From contig CM082581.2 of assembly GCA_040954595.2 (NCBI GenBank), positions 7,648,059-7,712,058 on the forward strand: 64,000 bases of DNA. The letters run 5' to 3'. This stretch comes from Balanoglossus misakiensis (lineage: Eukaryota > Animalia > Hemichordata). Below are positions 34,257 to 49,200 of this stretch, one piece after another (positions within the stretch are counted from its first letter, which is position 1; every line of letters begins with the position of its first letter). A model generated the notes under the pieces. The model searched no databases. It worked only from the letters and a program-made list of their open reading frames with translations, and had not been told where the DNA came from. Made by a program: the position numbers and the translations under genes.

Positions 34257-37200
34257 ATGCGACCTCTGAGAGTTTTCAAATTGCTCCTGTTTCTTCTCTG
34301 TGTTATTACGGTCAGCCTGTACATCGTAGTTTCCAACGAGGAAACGAACCACAGATCAAGAAGGCCGCAGGGACACCCGGTGTACGACGGCAAACATGTT
34401 GTCGATCCGGCTCCCCAGGACCCGAAATCAGAACATCGGAAACCGGAACCGATAGACCTGGCTCAAGGAAAGCGTTTTCCGAGGACTGAAATGCCCCACC
34501 ATGTAGCCAGGAGTAACTCATCCTCCGATGAGAAACTGGGGAAACCACAATCAAATGACACAGTACTAAAATTAGAAAATGGGAATCCAATATCTGACAG
34601 TTGGACACGACCGAAGGTTAACCTCAACGACATCGAGGCGATCAAAGCAGCTATGTTGGACGTCAATCATAAACAATTCATTCACAATCTCGGCAAATTT
34701 CCGAGGAGGCCATCGAACGGCTTAGTCGTCGTTGTGCAGGCCCATCAAAGACACGAATACTTTCAGTATTTAGTCAACTCCATGAGAAACGTCCCAAAAA
34801 TAGAAGAAATATTATTAGTCGTAAGTCTGGACTGGTATTCAGAAGAAATGAATTCTATCATAGATAGTATAGATTTTTGTCAGGTAAGTACTAGTGTTAT
34901 CATCATCAAACCTTCAATACTAGGACGAATGAAATTTTAACCTATGAAGGGTATGATGTATACTGTATACATGTACATTGTAAAGCAGTTGGACACTGAA
35001 TGTTGTTCTAAAGGTTTTGTCCACTTCTTGTAGAAGTTATAAAACCACAACATACCGGTGTATGTCTGATTGCTTGCTTTTTTGGATATATAAATAGATA
35101 AGTAAATAAAAAAAATTAAATGGATGATCATGAAGTAGCTGTGGTACACAGCTGTACTGTTATGGGCTGATTACCCCCACATGGGGGTACCCCCCTCTCC
35201 CCCCCCCAACGGTACAGCTGCGTACCACAGCTAATCATGAAGATATTTGAGAGAACATGGAGGTGATAGTTAATAGTACAAATTGCAATTCCAAATTGAT
35301 AGCTGTTTTGACTTCAGAGCAAACCAATTTTACGCATCCCCAAGGTATCCATTGGATACTCTGATTTGTTTGGGATTTTGAAAATAAAATCACACAGAGA
35401 AACACCAATATTTTCACTCTGTAATATCCTGAAGCTGACTCCATAAAAAGTACATTGTATAACCCAGATGGTCCGTAACAATGGAACTCGAAGAATACAG
35501 GTACCTGTGAGTATACCCGGTACTGTATAATACCACATCAAGGATAGAGTTCCATATCCAATGCAATGTACATCTGCAACTTAATGACCTCACAGTTTCC
35601 TGCTGCAAGGGAAACGCCCTCTCAAGAATGAAGATATCATCCATGTACATGTATGATAGCAGGTTTTCCAAGTGCATGTGCCGTACAGCGATTTGTGATC
35701 CAGATGGTTGATTCAGTAACCCATGGATACCATTGTTCCTCATGGTCAAATCTTTTGCTAAGTACTACGAGTACAACATGTCTGCTACCTCTGTACTTCA
35801 GTTCCATGTGATTATTATGTTAAAGCTTTTACCATTAATTGTACAATACATAAAGGAAATATAGAAAGCAAAAGTGTATACTGTATAAATGAACCTGGCT
35901 TCCAGAAGTTCCATGGTACATATACGGCACAGTTCTGTCTACATGTATGCCTAATAAACCTTTGGTTTTATGCTGTCTACAGTACATTGTTTACCAATGA
36001 AATTAGCTTTGATAATATTGATTATCAGTCACAGCATGATAGGATCATTATAATACAAATTTTAATAGAAAACACTGTTTTGTTTGATTTTGGATAATCC
36101 TGAGAGTGCACTTTTATGGGGGTTAAGTCAAGTATCTTCATTTATCTACATGTACATGTATCAGTGCATTGTGTCACAGTTGTTCCTTCCCTGAGTCAGG
36201 GTCATATCAGTAACCCTGGTTTATCTGCATGGAGGTGTGAGGTGTAACGTTTCACAGTCAGCCTTGAGCAACTAAAAAGTCATGTGATTGCATGTCTCCC
36301 CCCCCCCCCTAAAAAAACACCCTGATAGTATAGATTGGAAATCCATCTCGAGGGATATCTGATCAAGGACACTGTAGCCTTTTGTCTGGGTTTAAATATT
36401 CTTTCAGATTTCAATTACGAGAGTGAACACTCAGTGTGTGTTAATTTTTTGCTACGCATGCAGTCTCAATCGAGAAACATTTCTGAAAAGGGAGTTGTCG
36501 TCATACATTTGTAATCATGACTATCCTGCCACTTCTGTTAAATTGAAAATTGTAGATACAAATAATATATTTAATACTGTAGAGATATTTTCATCTTTTC
36601 CATTAGGGTAACAGTGTGAGGGCTTTCCCTCGAAATGTCAAGATTATTGAATGATGTCCATAGAGAGACTCACTGACAGATTATCAGTTTGTGATTATGT
36701 TTGAGAAATGATTGATGCCCGATTCTGTACCTACTACCCAAACACAAAATTTATATCTGCATTGTGGGGAAGTTGTATCCGTTCAGGGCTGGTACAAACC
36801 AAGTATAATTGTTCATCGGCTTGTCAGTGCTACGTAGATGTGTGCAGCACTTCAAAAGTGTTTACAGACTTGAGTAATCAGCCATAGATTGTTTACAGAC
36901 TTGAGTAATTGGCCATGAACTCAACAGATTGGCTACTGGTTATGTCTTGGAAGGACCGACTGCCATTTTCCTAAGTGTCTGCATTCAGTCCATGCCGTAT
37001 AACCTTCCCACCCACCACAAACACCATGTTACTTATTAGATTTTTAAAAAAATCTGTGAAATGATAATTTATGTAGATCCAGTAAAATATTATAAGTATT
37101 ATATTTAAAAAATAAATATTAATATAAACTCATAAAATCATGCACTGCTGAAGATTATATGTATTGAATAGAGGTATTAGTGCTCTGAGAGCAGGTATTT

Positions 37201-40200
37201 TTTTATATAAAACTTTAATATTCTATGTAATCTCCTTAACGTTTTCATAATAGTGTCAGTACAGCAGTGGCATAGCATAAGTCATAACCTCTTGCCAAGC
37301 ATATTATTGAAGATAAGTCTAATGGTGTATATCGCCTACAGCTTGTTAGCAGAGGGATACTGTCCAAATAATATTATCAAGTCACTGAGGATTGATGCTG
37401 AAAAGTTCCAATTAGACTCTCTGCTGTTGCTGTATTATCTGCTTTTGGAGTGCTGCCGTTATTAGCTCTCACTTCACTGAACAGATTAGACACGACGGTT
37501 TCTGATTTCACGCCAGCAAAGTACATGTAGGCAATGATTATGTAGGCAGAAGACAAGTGTATGGCCGAACTCCTTCACCCCACTCGAGGCGTAATTGTAA
37601 CCTTCAAACCCGCAACTATTCCTCCTGCATCATGTGCAAGCTACTGTAAAACGGGTTATTTTCGCGAGCAATAAATTTTCGCGAAATACGCGATAGCCAA
37701 AAAACGTGAAAATAAAAAGTCGCGTAAAATGTTTTTCTGAGATAAGGATGCAGTTAGTGAAATATGAGAATGCGAAAATTAATCCTCGCGGAACAGTTGC
37801 CACTTTTGATATTGCGAAAATCACCCGTTGTACAGTATTATTCTTAAGCGAGGCTTGGTTAATTACAGACGCTATGGGTTGCTAGCCAGGTACATATGAA
37901 CTTGGATGAATCTACATGTGACTTGCTTTACATATGTCTTTTGTTTATTATCTACATGTATCCCCTGATCTATGAATGGACAAATTGAGAAACGGAAACT
38001 AAACTACCGCAGGTGTCAGCGCTTTACTTTAGTGATACATATTGTTCATCGCAGATCAATACGTGTACATGCAAATTGTATGCTGCTTTGTATTTTTGTA
38101 CATCTATATTTGTATACTTCCATTGTGGTAAAATAGCATTCTTTTTTCATTCACACGAGATGGACCTTTTTAGCTCGTTCTGCAAAGTGCGGGGCATGTT
38201 CGCCTATAAAGTAGCACGTGCTGATTATTGTAACCGGTCTTCTACATGTGTATATCTTGAATTTGTTTGAAGGGCCATTACATGTATGGACATAACCCTT
38301 TAACAAGCGAGGTTTCCAGAATACAAAATCAATGCCTTCAGTGTATTATATGCGAATACAATGGGAATACAATTGCAAATGCAGTCTTTTCATTTCATAG
38401 TATTTTATTTTCATCTGAACCTCCATTTTGTTTTCTCTGTTATTGTGGTTCAATATTGTCAGAGTATAAAAATGTTTGTGCATGTTATCAATTCGTGTAT
38501 ATGAAGTTCTGGTACACACACACATCAGATATGTAAATAATGTACATGAAAGGGCTGTATACTGATTCTTGTGATACAAATCTGTACTCAAATTTTTGCT
38601 CTCGTTTTCATTCTTTGCAGGTTATTCAAATATTTTACCCGTTTTCTATTCAAGTTTACAAGGATGAGTTTCCGGGTTTTCATCCCAACGACTGCCCCAG
38701 GGATATGCCAAGAACCAAGTGAGTATATCCAATTCCTTCGATCTGGAATTCTCCATCATTAAACTTTATTGTACAAGTACATTTGCACAGTCTGGGGCAT
38801 CACATCCATTGCATATGCCCAAATGAACCCCAGAGACTCATGGGAATTCAGCGTGATCAACTGGAATTGTGAGTTTTAAGTGGTCTGTTTGATGGGGCTG
38901 ATTCAGGCAATTTCCAACGTAATTTCGTTATAGTTCCCAAGAGCATCGTTTGTTGGGGGGTAACACGTCCTGCTTCCATCACGATCATGGTTTAGTCAAA
39001 AGTGATGTGTGAACGTTAACCAAGGTCCCATCACCCGATATTTCCAATCATATTATCGTACAGCATCTGCTTTGTGTTCATGCTTAGCGTTGTTTGTGAA
39101 GGTGTGTTGGAATGGGAGAGAATGTGGGTCAAAGTCAGAACCTGATGCCACATCCATACAATGATATGGCAAACACAAAGTGTATATACCTCTTCGTCTG
39201 TCAAGGTCATTTCAACAGTGATAACAAGTACGACTCGATGCTGTTATCAGTCAAAAAATGTCAGCCCCATTTACTAATTAATTGGTTCAAAAACTCAAGG
39301 AAGGGTACATACTTGGTTTACATAGTTCAGCACAGAAGTTTGAAAACATGGAAGATATACTACAGAAAATAAACATGGCTAGGTATGTGTATATTTTACA
39401 CATAGCTAGCCATGTTTACTCCCTGTATGTTTGACGAATGGCCAGTGGACTAAGGACACATGGGGACATGAATCATTCACAATGAGAAAGAAAACAGTCA
39501 TAATGATTGAGAGAGTAGTCGAAGGATTGATTTCTTCTGAAAACATTGTAAATGGCAAGCAGTGAAAGAAATTGTTCCCTAGTATGCATAATTTGCAAGA
39601 GCTGCTTAGACCAAGTGATTACAGAATTCTAGCCGGAAAGTTTGGTATTTTGTATTCCTGCCCTTTCTGAACTGACCTAAAAATGATGTAGGTTAATTGT
39701 TTGGCTGTCGGCAGTAATGGTCGCAGAAATTGAAATTATGGAAGAGCGTGTCAGGGGGAAATTTGCTGACATGATTGATGCATACTTTTATGGCTTTATT
39801 GCTGATGGATGGATGCACAGAAGAGTGGATGAGAGGAGACGTTTCAAGTTCATTACCCAAACTGTGTTGCGTTTGTGGTTTGATGTAGAGTAGAAACTGG
39901 TGGTAGGGACTGCTGCAGCAATGTAAACACTATGATAGGTTCAATACCTACTTCCTAGTATTTCCACAATGTCATGATGACCTTACGTGGGTACTCAAAT
40001 TCCATATTGACACAGATTGGAAACAACAAAGAAGTTTTCCTTTCAATAACTGTGGATACTACGTTTTGGGGATTTGTAAGAATGGTGAAATACCACGCAC
40101 ACACAAATGGAGGCAAACAAGATTTTCCTGGAAATGTGATGTACATGTACCTACAGATCCATAGGATGTATTGTATCAAGCATTTCACTTTGTATACATT

Positions 40201-43200
40201 GAGTGGTACATACATTTGTATTAATTATTGATCGCCTGTTTGGAAAGTCCCCACGAGTCGTGTATACATGTAAATGTGGCATCATCCATCTAATTGTTGG
40301 CTTTCAGGTACAGCAGAACAGAGACTTGTTACTGGCTTGTCAGGGGAGAATTCTTCACTTGAAATATCAATACGGTCACTGATGCTACAAGTCTGTACAG
40401 GGCAACTTTATTGAAATGACAATAAAAGTTGTTAGGGGGACATCATATCGGAACTATGTCTGTGCGACATCCTTGTCAATTTATTTCTCCCTCAATACTT
40501 TCAGTAATGTAGCATCAAGTCAGAACTGCAGATAAAATTTATACAGCAATAGGCTCTTGCGCTTGGCCCATCACAGGGGTATCATTAACCCCCAAGGCAG
40601 AGTTTGTTAATAATATTGACAGCTGAGGTCAATGTACACATTCTACACTGGGGAACTTCAGTGTTTATGAATGTTGGAATAAACAGTTGTTAGGAGACGT
40701 GACCTTACAGTACATGTACATCCAGTATATGTTAAAGACACACATTAGACACACGCACACATTTACATGGAGAAATAAATATAGGAAATGATGAAAGAAT
40801 TTCTGAGGAGAGACTGCATTCCTTCAGGCCCTTCTCCCCAAATCATCTTTTTGTAGAAAACTTTGTTGAAATGTACTTTCTGTTCGTTGAAATGTCCTTT
40901 CTGCTGTATATACACATGTAATATGATGTTTTCTTTAGGGATGAGAACATGGTTTGGATAGCTGCAGCCGTTCAACATTTAAAACAACATTAGTAAAATA
41001 AAATGATGAGATAGAAAATACATGTACGCTTACTACGTAATGTACATTGTTCCTACAGTATAGATACCTATAGTTATCTCTAGCGAAAAGCCACGACTGG
41101 CTAACATTTTGCACATCCCGGGGCAATTCTTTTACATGCATTTGTTTTCAGTGGAGCTTTAGAAATGCTAGCATTCAGCCGAGAGAGAACGACCACAGTG
41201 CAAAGGAAGGAAACACTGGCAATTTATAAAATGGTTGCTAGCATGGTTGTGGCATGTGCATTGTTTACTCGTGTGGTCTGCCATATTCAGGTCCCACATT
41301 ATGCAGTCACTTTATGGGCTAATGTCACCAGTAGTAGGTGATAAAAATCAAGATCAAACATTTGCTTCTGATATTGTAAGCCAATCACAGAGTCATGAAT
41401 CATGCGAATTCTAGACAGCCGCGGCCCCTGTGTGGCAGGCCTTGCCGCAATCCTGTCCGACAGGTCTGTCAGCAAAGATCGGTATATTTTTTCTGAAAAT
41501 ATACACACCTGAAATATTGCAAAATTTCAGACCCTGTAACTGGCCCTTTTGACACGCCACTGAACACAGCTTTATTTTTGTAAATACCCACATATTTTTT
41601 CAGTCGGCATTCACATCTCACTATATACATAATCTGAAATTACATCACTGTATATACAGTCCTGTGTTATCAGACTGATTCAGCAGGCGTGCTCTGAAAT
41701 AATCTGATTTTTCAGAATCTGTAACACTAACAGTAACAGATGCTGTTTCTCAAGGCCTGTTCCCAGTACTATGAAACCAAACCTTATTACAGACATGTCC
41801 TGAAATCTGCCTGTGGTTTTTCTAGCTGTGCGTATAAAAACCACACACAAACAATATAATTTCACAGCCAGGCCTCGTATAGTGTCTGGCATGTGTGGTA
41901 AATTGCCCCGGAGTGTTTTAATATACATCGGTATACTCGGTACGCTTACTGATTAAGCTGTAAAATGTACATGGGCAAATTCATTAATATAAGCAAATTT
42001 ATATACAGATTCATCTGCATTAGGAAGGATATTTTTATTCTACTGATACATAAATGTGTACTGTGGTTTGATTCCAGACCCTTGATAGACACAAGAGAGA
42101 GAGACCATCTCTGTCAAAACTGCTAGATCAACATTTACATTTGTATTTTGTATATGATGTATGATTTGATAAAGATGCAGGTTTATTGATTTTCCTGAAG
42201 GATCACTGATTATTTATGTGAGTGAGGAGTGCATACTAGGAAATGCAATATAGTCGAGCCATATTTTATCTGATTTTGCAATTATTTGCTTGATTAAATT
42301 TTATCAAACAGTCGCTGATTTGTGTTTTTCTTTCAGGCAGGAGATTTGCAAAATTAAATCTGTGGGGATTGCTGAAATCTCGTGGGGACTTGATTCTGTA
42401 GGCTCCAATTATTGAATTTCTCAAATCTGTTCGTTCATATCATCAGATGTTTAGAATGGTGTTTTTTCCCCATCTATTTAGACGTACACAGAACTGTGTG
42501 TACTGTAAGACATTTTTTTACACCCGTTCAATGAATCATTAAAAAGTCAAGGGAAGTACATGCATGATGTTGTACAACATTTTCCTGCTATTTGCGTAAG
42601 ATTGAGAGATCCATCAGGTGAACGTATCGTCTGAAAGAAATGTCCAACCAAACGACTGGGATGATGGTTGAAGTGAAAACATCAAGAAAGAGAGATTAAC
42701 ATCAGGGAAAGGATTACAGTAAAACGGGATGAGGCATTCTCACTTTTCTAGAATTAGTTCTAAACCCGCTGGATCACAATCTTTGATCTGCGCTTATCAT
42801 CTCATCTCTGCACGTAGAATGAAATGTTCCGTTCATGGCCGACGGACATTCACTGGCAGATTCAGACTAATACTGTATTTTGCAATGTTAGATAAATAAA
42901 ATACACGTAAGGGTAGGTACTCGCCATTGTTATTAGAAGTGTTGAGATTAAAAAAATCGTACAAAATGGGAGTACCCAGTTTAAAGTTGAAATCACCTTA
43001 AGAAAGGTATAATGCTACGGAAGATATTTGTCAGCTGCTGTATATGTGAGCATGTTCAGTCAGCGTGTAAACGTTATTAAAATTCAGCACGACTGTGTCA
43101 GGTTTGCACTAGCAAATCGTGACTGGCCCCCAGTTCAAATAAATCCATTACCTCAGGACAACGCAAACTTTGCAAGATCAAATGTTGAGATATATTCATA

Positions 43201-46200
43201 TCTGTGAGCACTTGTGAGCGAGATTGGAAATCCATGGGGAGAAAATCCGAATCATTATTTCGATCCCAGCTGCATATCGATAAACCGGTAATTGATTACT
43301 ACTTAACCTCTGTGGCACTGGATTTCTGGAAGCTTTTACTTAAAAAACATTGTCAACAAGAATTTACCATACATCTGAATATTTGTGCTGACTTGGCTAC
43401 GACTTTGGTAGCGGGATGATTATAATACTGTGAGTTGGGTCACGATGGCACAAATCATGAAAAATCGTGACAGACGATTTTCAGTTTTGTTGCATCGTTT
43501 GCTTTTTATGATTTCAATATTTTTAATTGATTGTAAAACGTTTATGTTTTTCTCTTGTTATTTTTACAGCAAAGGAAGTCGTATATAAATTAGAAGGTCA
43601 ACCCAGAGGCAGTAAAACTTTTTCTCCTATAAAAGATACATTCTGGATGTTTTTTTTGCATGTAGATTAATAAAAAACCTTTCCAATTCCACTAGTACTA
43701 TCATTATAGTGAGACTGCAGTCTCCCTAGCACTTGCATTATCAACAGTGAACCTGCTGTGTTCCATGAATAATCACATTTGGTAGCTATACGCATAGTCC
43801 CGATGATCAGTCCAGATCGTCTTCAAGATTCACAATCATTTGCTTGCAGATTATCCCGCCACTTCCAGGAAGGCAGACACCTTCCATCACATGCATCAGT
43901 TATTCAGGCTGGCCGTGTTTCTCGATGTGAATGATAATTTGGCTCGGGCAGAGGCTTCTGGATCAGATGCTGAATCTCCAGTGTACTGGAAGAATCTGCA
44001 TGTACCGGGCAAAGCCGTTCTGAAAGGTCGCCCGACAATCATTCAAATGAACTTCTCATTCTGCTTGAAAAGCGCATATATCTAGGGCTTTTTTGAGTTG
44101 AGACGCGTACATATCTGTAGTGTGTCATAAATGGTCGATTAGCGCGATAGTTAATTTTTTAAAACATGTTTGTCAAATGATACACAACACCAAAAGTCTT
44201 TGAAATACTGTACATCTTACCCGTTTTGGAAAGGGGAGCAGAAGTATGTAACCCACTTCTGAATGTTAGCTTACTAGGGAAAAGATAGATATGTTTGGGA
44301 TTCCTCCAAATTTTACTACAGGTGCATGCAGTCATGTAGTGTGTCCTGATGTTGAACTCAAACTAGGCAATCGCTAATCAGATCTTAAGTTTTGATTTTA
44401 TTTTTCTTGAAATCTAATTACTAGGCGATGTGACTCAAAATAAAGTTTCTACACATGATAATTTCAGTGTGAGAGCAGAGTTTATACTAGCCGGATTGGA
44501 ACATCGCATGCAGCATGCATTAACTACAGACATGTTGGTGTAAATACTATACCAACCACACCAGGTTTTTATCATCAGGCCAGATGTGGTTTTCTCCTCA
44601 GATACGTTTTATCGATGCAGACACAATGCAAACACTGTATGGTGAATAACATTACGAATGTGCCTTACATAATTGATTATTTCATGATGGATAAGGATTT
44701 GACCTACATGTACATTGTACAAATTTTAACCCCAAATGAAAACTTATCACCACCTGACCTGATACCCCGAATATCGGTCAGTGCCGGCCTATCTGTATAA
44801 ACATCATGTTAAAAATAAATAATTATTAATAACTTGCTCATTCACATGTTTTCCACAAGCACAACTCAGAAAAAAAGAGAGACAAGTTTCTTACAGATAC
44901 ATGAAAATGTTGAGTGATTTTAATGGTAGTTCGTTTGGGCCTTGAAATTCAAAACAAATTTCACCATGTTTTACTTTTGAATGTCTGAACTGACAAATCA
45001 ATCTTCGTACGGCACAGTGTAGATATTGTAATTTGTATATTAGGGTACCATTACTGCTTGATCAGACATTTTCAAATTTCCCATGGTGTTTTTCCTGAAG
45101 TTAAGATTACCAATATTTTATAATTTAATATTCATCATTGTAAGCTAATATGTCATTTTGAAATGTACTTCTAATAATTTATATTCACTAGAGAGCTACA
45201 GTCACTGTGAGTGCCGTGTTGTGTTTGGTTTTTGAATGAAAAATTTATATTTTATATTACATTTTATGCTCCACCTTCTCAAGTGGCTTGCCTCTCAATG
45301 TGATTAATTTCCGGCAAGATCTAATATAGTTGGACCCAGGTAGTGAGTAAATTTTATTAGTGTTCGTCCAGTGTGGTTTCTCAGTGAGATTTGTGTGATA
45401 ATTTAACCATGCTTATGATTGAATGTCAGCAGGAAAGGTAAGAGTTGAGTGGGCTCGAATTTAAATCATTGCAGAATACCCTACTGTGATAACCATATAG
45501 TGAAATATGAATATGGTAATAGGGAGACGGTGCAGTTTTCATGGATTTAGACGTTTGTATCATCAGTTTAGAAAGTTAGAGTGAGATTCATCGCAACTAT
45601 TCAACTATTCCACTTGGAAAAGTACTGGTTGCACTCCCCCTATCCCTAGGTGAACTACCGGGTACTACCATAACATACCAACTTAACTTCATGAGTTGAT
45701 GCAGACCAAGTCCTTTCACATTTAAACAAGTGTAATGCACCTCTCTCATGTGCAGTTTCAACCTGTGGTGGTTTATTGCATCTGAGCAGTGGGTATTCCC
45801 TCGCTAAAGTAAAGCCTGACAAGTATGACATATTAATTGCGGAAATGTTGTCCGCGGGGGATTTCCATTGTGCTCTGCGTCGGTATTCATTGGAGAACAG
45901 TCCATGCATGTTTCAGTGATTTATCTGCTTGATGAAAAAGTACACCCCGTGCTGACAACTAAAAATTATGGTTAAAAAATGAAATAAAAGTAACAGCATG
46001 TCTTGTCTGGCTGGTGGTTTTAAGATAGAGGCATTATACACTTCATTAGATGAGATTACAAAGTGCTTTATTGTCTGGATGTGAAGTTACGATTGTTGAT
46101 AATTCAACAGCGTGTTGCAGCATCTCAGTTTAATAAGCCAGCTGACAGCACTGCCATGGAAACACATGTATATTGTACTGTTTTTTTAAAATCCGTTTTT

Positions 46201-49200
46201 GCATTCATGTAAGCATCTTGTCACTTTTTTGTATTCATACATTATGCAGTACGTGATGAATCAGGACAGTTTCAACCCAAGCCTGATCAATAATTTGTAT
46301 GTGGACTAGAGCATTAATATATGCAAATTTTAAAAAGAGATTTGTGTACTTATATCTGTAGCATCGTAACCATGACAACATCATTTTGCGAGAGCCTAGC
46401 CTAAAAATGTACATAATCTCCGTTTCATTAAGACTGCTAAAAGGGAAATCACATCGAATCAAACGAAATTTTTTTGTAAAATTGTTCCGTTGTTTTGCAC
46501 ATGTACATGTATGACCCCCAAACAAGCCATACGGAAGAATCTCCTGAGTTAGCAAGAAATATCCGCCAGCTACATTGTATGTAGTGAGCATTTAGCAAAG
46601 CTGTCAGCATTGGCATTTACAATAATCCTTTTTGTGTTTACACAGCACAAATGTTACCAGGCTTTCATGACTTGCACGGTTTAACACAAGCGTTGGTGTG
46701 AATGCATTACACATCGTGTCAGGACATATTTCAAAGTGTTTTTCTTTCCTCTGAATGTGACTAATTGATGGACATGAAGTTAAATGCCGCCAGTGGTAAT
46801 TTATGATGATTGGTCAATTATGAGTCAACCAAATACCAACGGTCGATGGAAACCGTTTATAACTTCAGCAAAAGATGAAAAAAATACTTAAAAAAATAAT
46901 TGGTCTTTCAGTGTGTGTGTGCACGTATCATTACCTCAAGTAAATAGTGACCTATTACTTGCACAGTGTGCAATTTCACTTGCAAATTTACATAGAAAAT
47001 AACTTGGCTATTGAATCCTTTTTGTAAATTCTGAAAATTACCTCTGTCTGATTCGTTAGATTGACTGCAACAGCGAATGATCTCAGCAGGTGTAAATAAC
47101 AGGTGGACAGAAATGAGCAACGCGCGGTTGCTGGCATTCTTGTCATTCTCAACGGGAGTTCCTGAAATAATCATTTCTCATTATACATCGCGCTGGATTC
47201 TATGCTTTGGTAAAAGTCGTGTCTAGTGTAAATGCCGAACTTGTTAGATGGTATGTTGAAATGTTGAAACTTAAGCGACTTTGTCCCTTTAATACAGTTA
47301 TAAAAATACATGTACATGGTACGCTGTGTGGAATGGTCAGTGTATTTGCAGTCTGGGGCTTTTGTCCTCTATGTGAGAATCAAATGCCCAAGAGACTCTA
47401 AAAGCAATGAGTTAAAGGCAGCAAGCCATCTGTTGCTGATCACCAGGGATAACTTGTCAGAGAGTCAAGAACTGTGTGACATGTGAATGATGTATGTGGA
47501 GTTTGTGCCAGCAGAAACGAAATTCAAAACATATGTACCATTGAAATGGTGCAGAACCTGTAATTGCCTTGTATGAAAATAGAAACCGTTGAATGCAAAC
47601 CCAAAATATTGGGTTGTGAGTTTTCATGGACATCATAGAAAAGAAATGTGATATGTTGGTAACAGTTACACCAATTGAAAATACATAATGTACGGGTAGT
47701 TTTTAATACTAAAACAAGAAACTGTATTACGGTTTTTAAAATAAACGGGTGAACTTTTTTTGTCACCAATGCTTAATAGGTGTCTGTTAGGTATTCTGCT
47801 CAAACAGGTGACTTCTGTTTTTGGGTACATGTAGTTGATACAACTGCAACACCTAAGCCTTGGCCTCTAGAGTGACTGGCATGTACACGTACATGTACAT
47901 TGTAACTGCCGATTTGAAGCTTTCTTGGTCGTAAAAGTATGAACATATCCCGGGGACTGTAGGCGGATTCGCAGACGACGAGAATCAGATTATCAGCGCT
48001 GACGTCAGCAGTGCAATGGCAGTAAATATCTGTAAACTACATTACCACATGGCAGCATTCATGGGTAATAACATTATGGATAAAGGAAAATGACAAATGG
48101 ATATATCTATAATATGTAATGCTGTTAGATGGTATTGCAATCATCTGTAATGACTCAGTGGGCCTTTCACGTAATTGCCTGGTCTGTGAAATTTTAATGG
48201 GCGATGACATGAATTATTGCTACGTGTCAGTGCGGGGGGAAAATCCTTATTCATAAATTCTCTGTTTAATAGACAATGCCAGTGTTAGGTTTCTGTTCCA
48301 TTTAGCGTTATCCTGCCCATGATGCCCTCTGGTCACTAGGGGTCAAAGTTCAAACAGTTAACAGCATTTTCCCTGCAAGTTTTGTGATCATGTTTAATAG
48401 TAAAATGTTGCCTTGATGATAAATTGTATATTTTGGCTAAATCGTAGGAGACAGTACAGATTGCAGTCGGAATTTACTTGTAACTGTAAACGGTAAAGAT
48501 GGCTGACAACAAATATTAAAGATGATGACCGTATGACCCACGATTTAGCCAGGGCCAGACATTAAAATTTCTCTCCACATTGGAGATATTTCTGGTGAAA
48601 CAAGTCTAGAACAATTAATCTCACAAATCACTAAACCCTTTTTTCCCCTTTCTCGAACTTCTGCAGGGCTGCAGACGTGCGGTGTAACAACTGGGAACAC
48701 CCGGACCAGTACGGCCATTACAGAGAGCCGCGTTACACAATGACAAAACACCACTGGTGGTGGAAGGTAGGTACACATGCACAGGGCAAAACCCCAGGTT
48801 TATTTTCTGTTTTCTTGCAGAGCCCTTTTGATTTTGCTGCCATGGCTGGAAGGAAGCCTTCTGCCAGGCTGAACATGAGACCAGAATGAGGCGAATGAAA
48901 GAAGAGAAATTTGAACATCATGATCATCATTGAATGGATAGAGCTAAGCCACAGTGATGTTTCCTGTTGGACAGGACTAGCCTGTCTCAAGTTTCTGGCA
49001 TTTATGAATTGAACTATCCCGTGCTATAAATCCCAGTCATTACCTCTGATAATAACTATAGTGAAGAGAAAAGATGATAGGGATGTCCGTTTATTTCTCT
49101 CAGCTGTTAAATTCGACACTTGCACATTAATTTGATATCTAGTTTAATGTTCGTAAATCGCTAAGCTGTTGCTTTGAATAGGGTCATGCAGATAAGTTTT

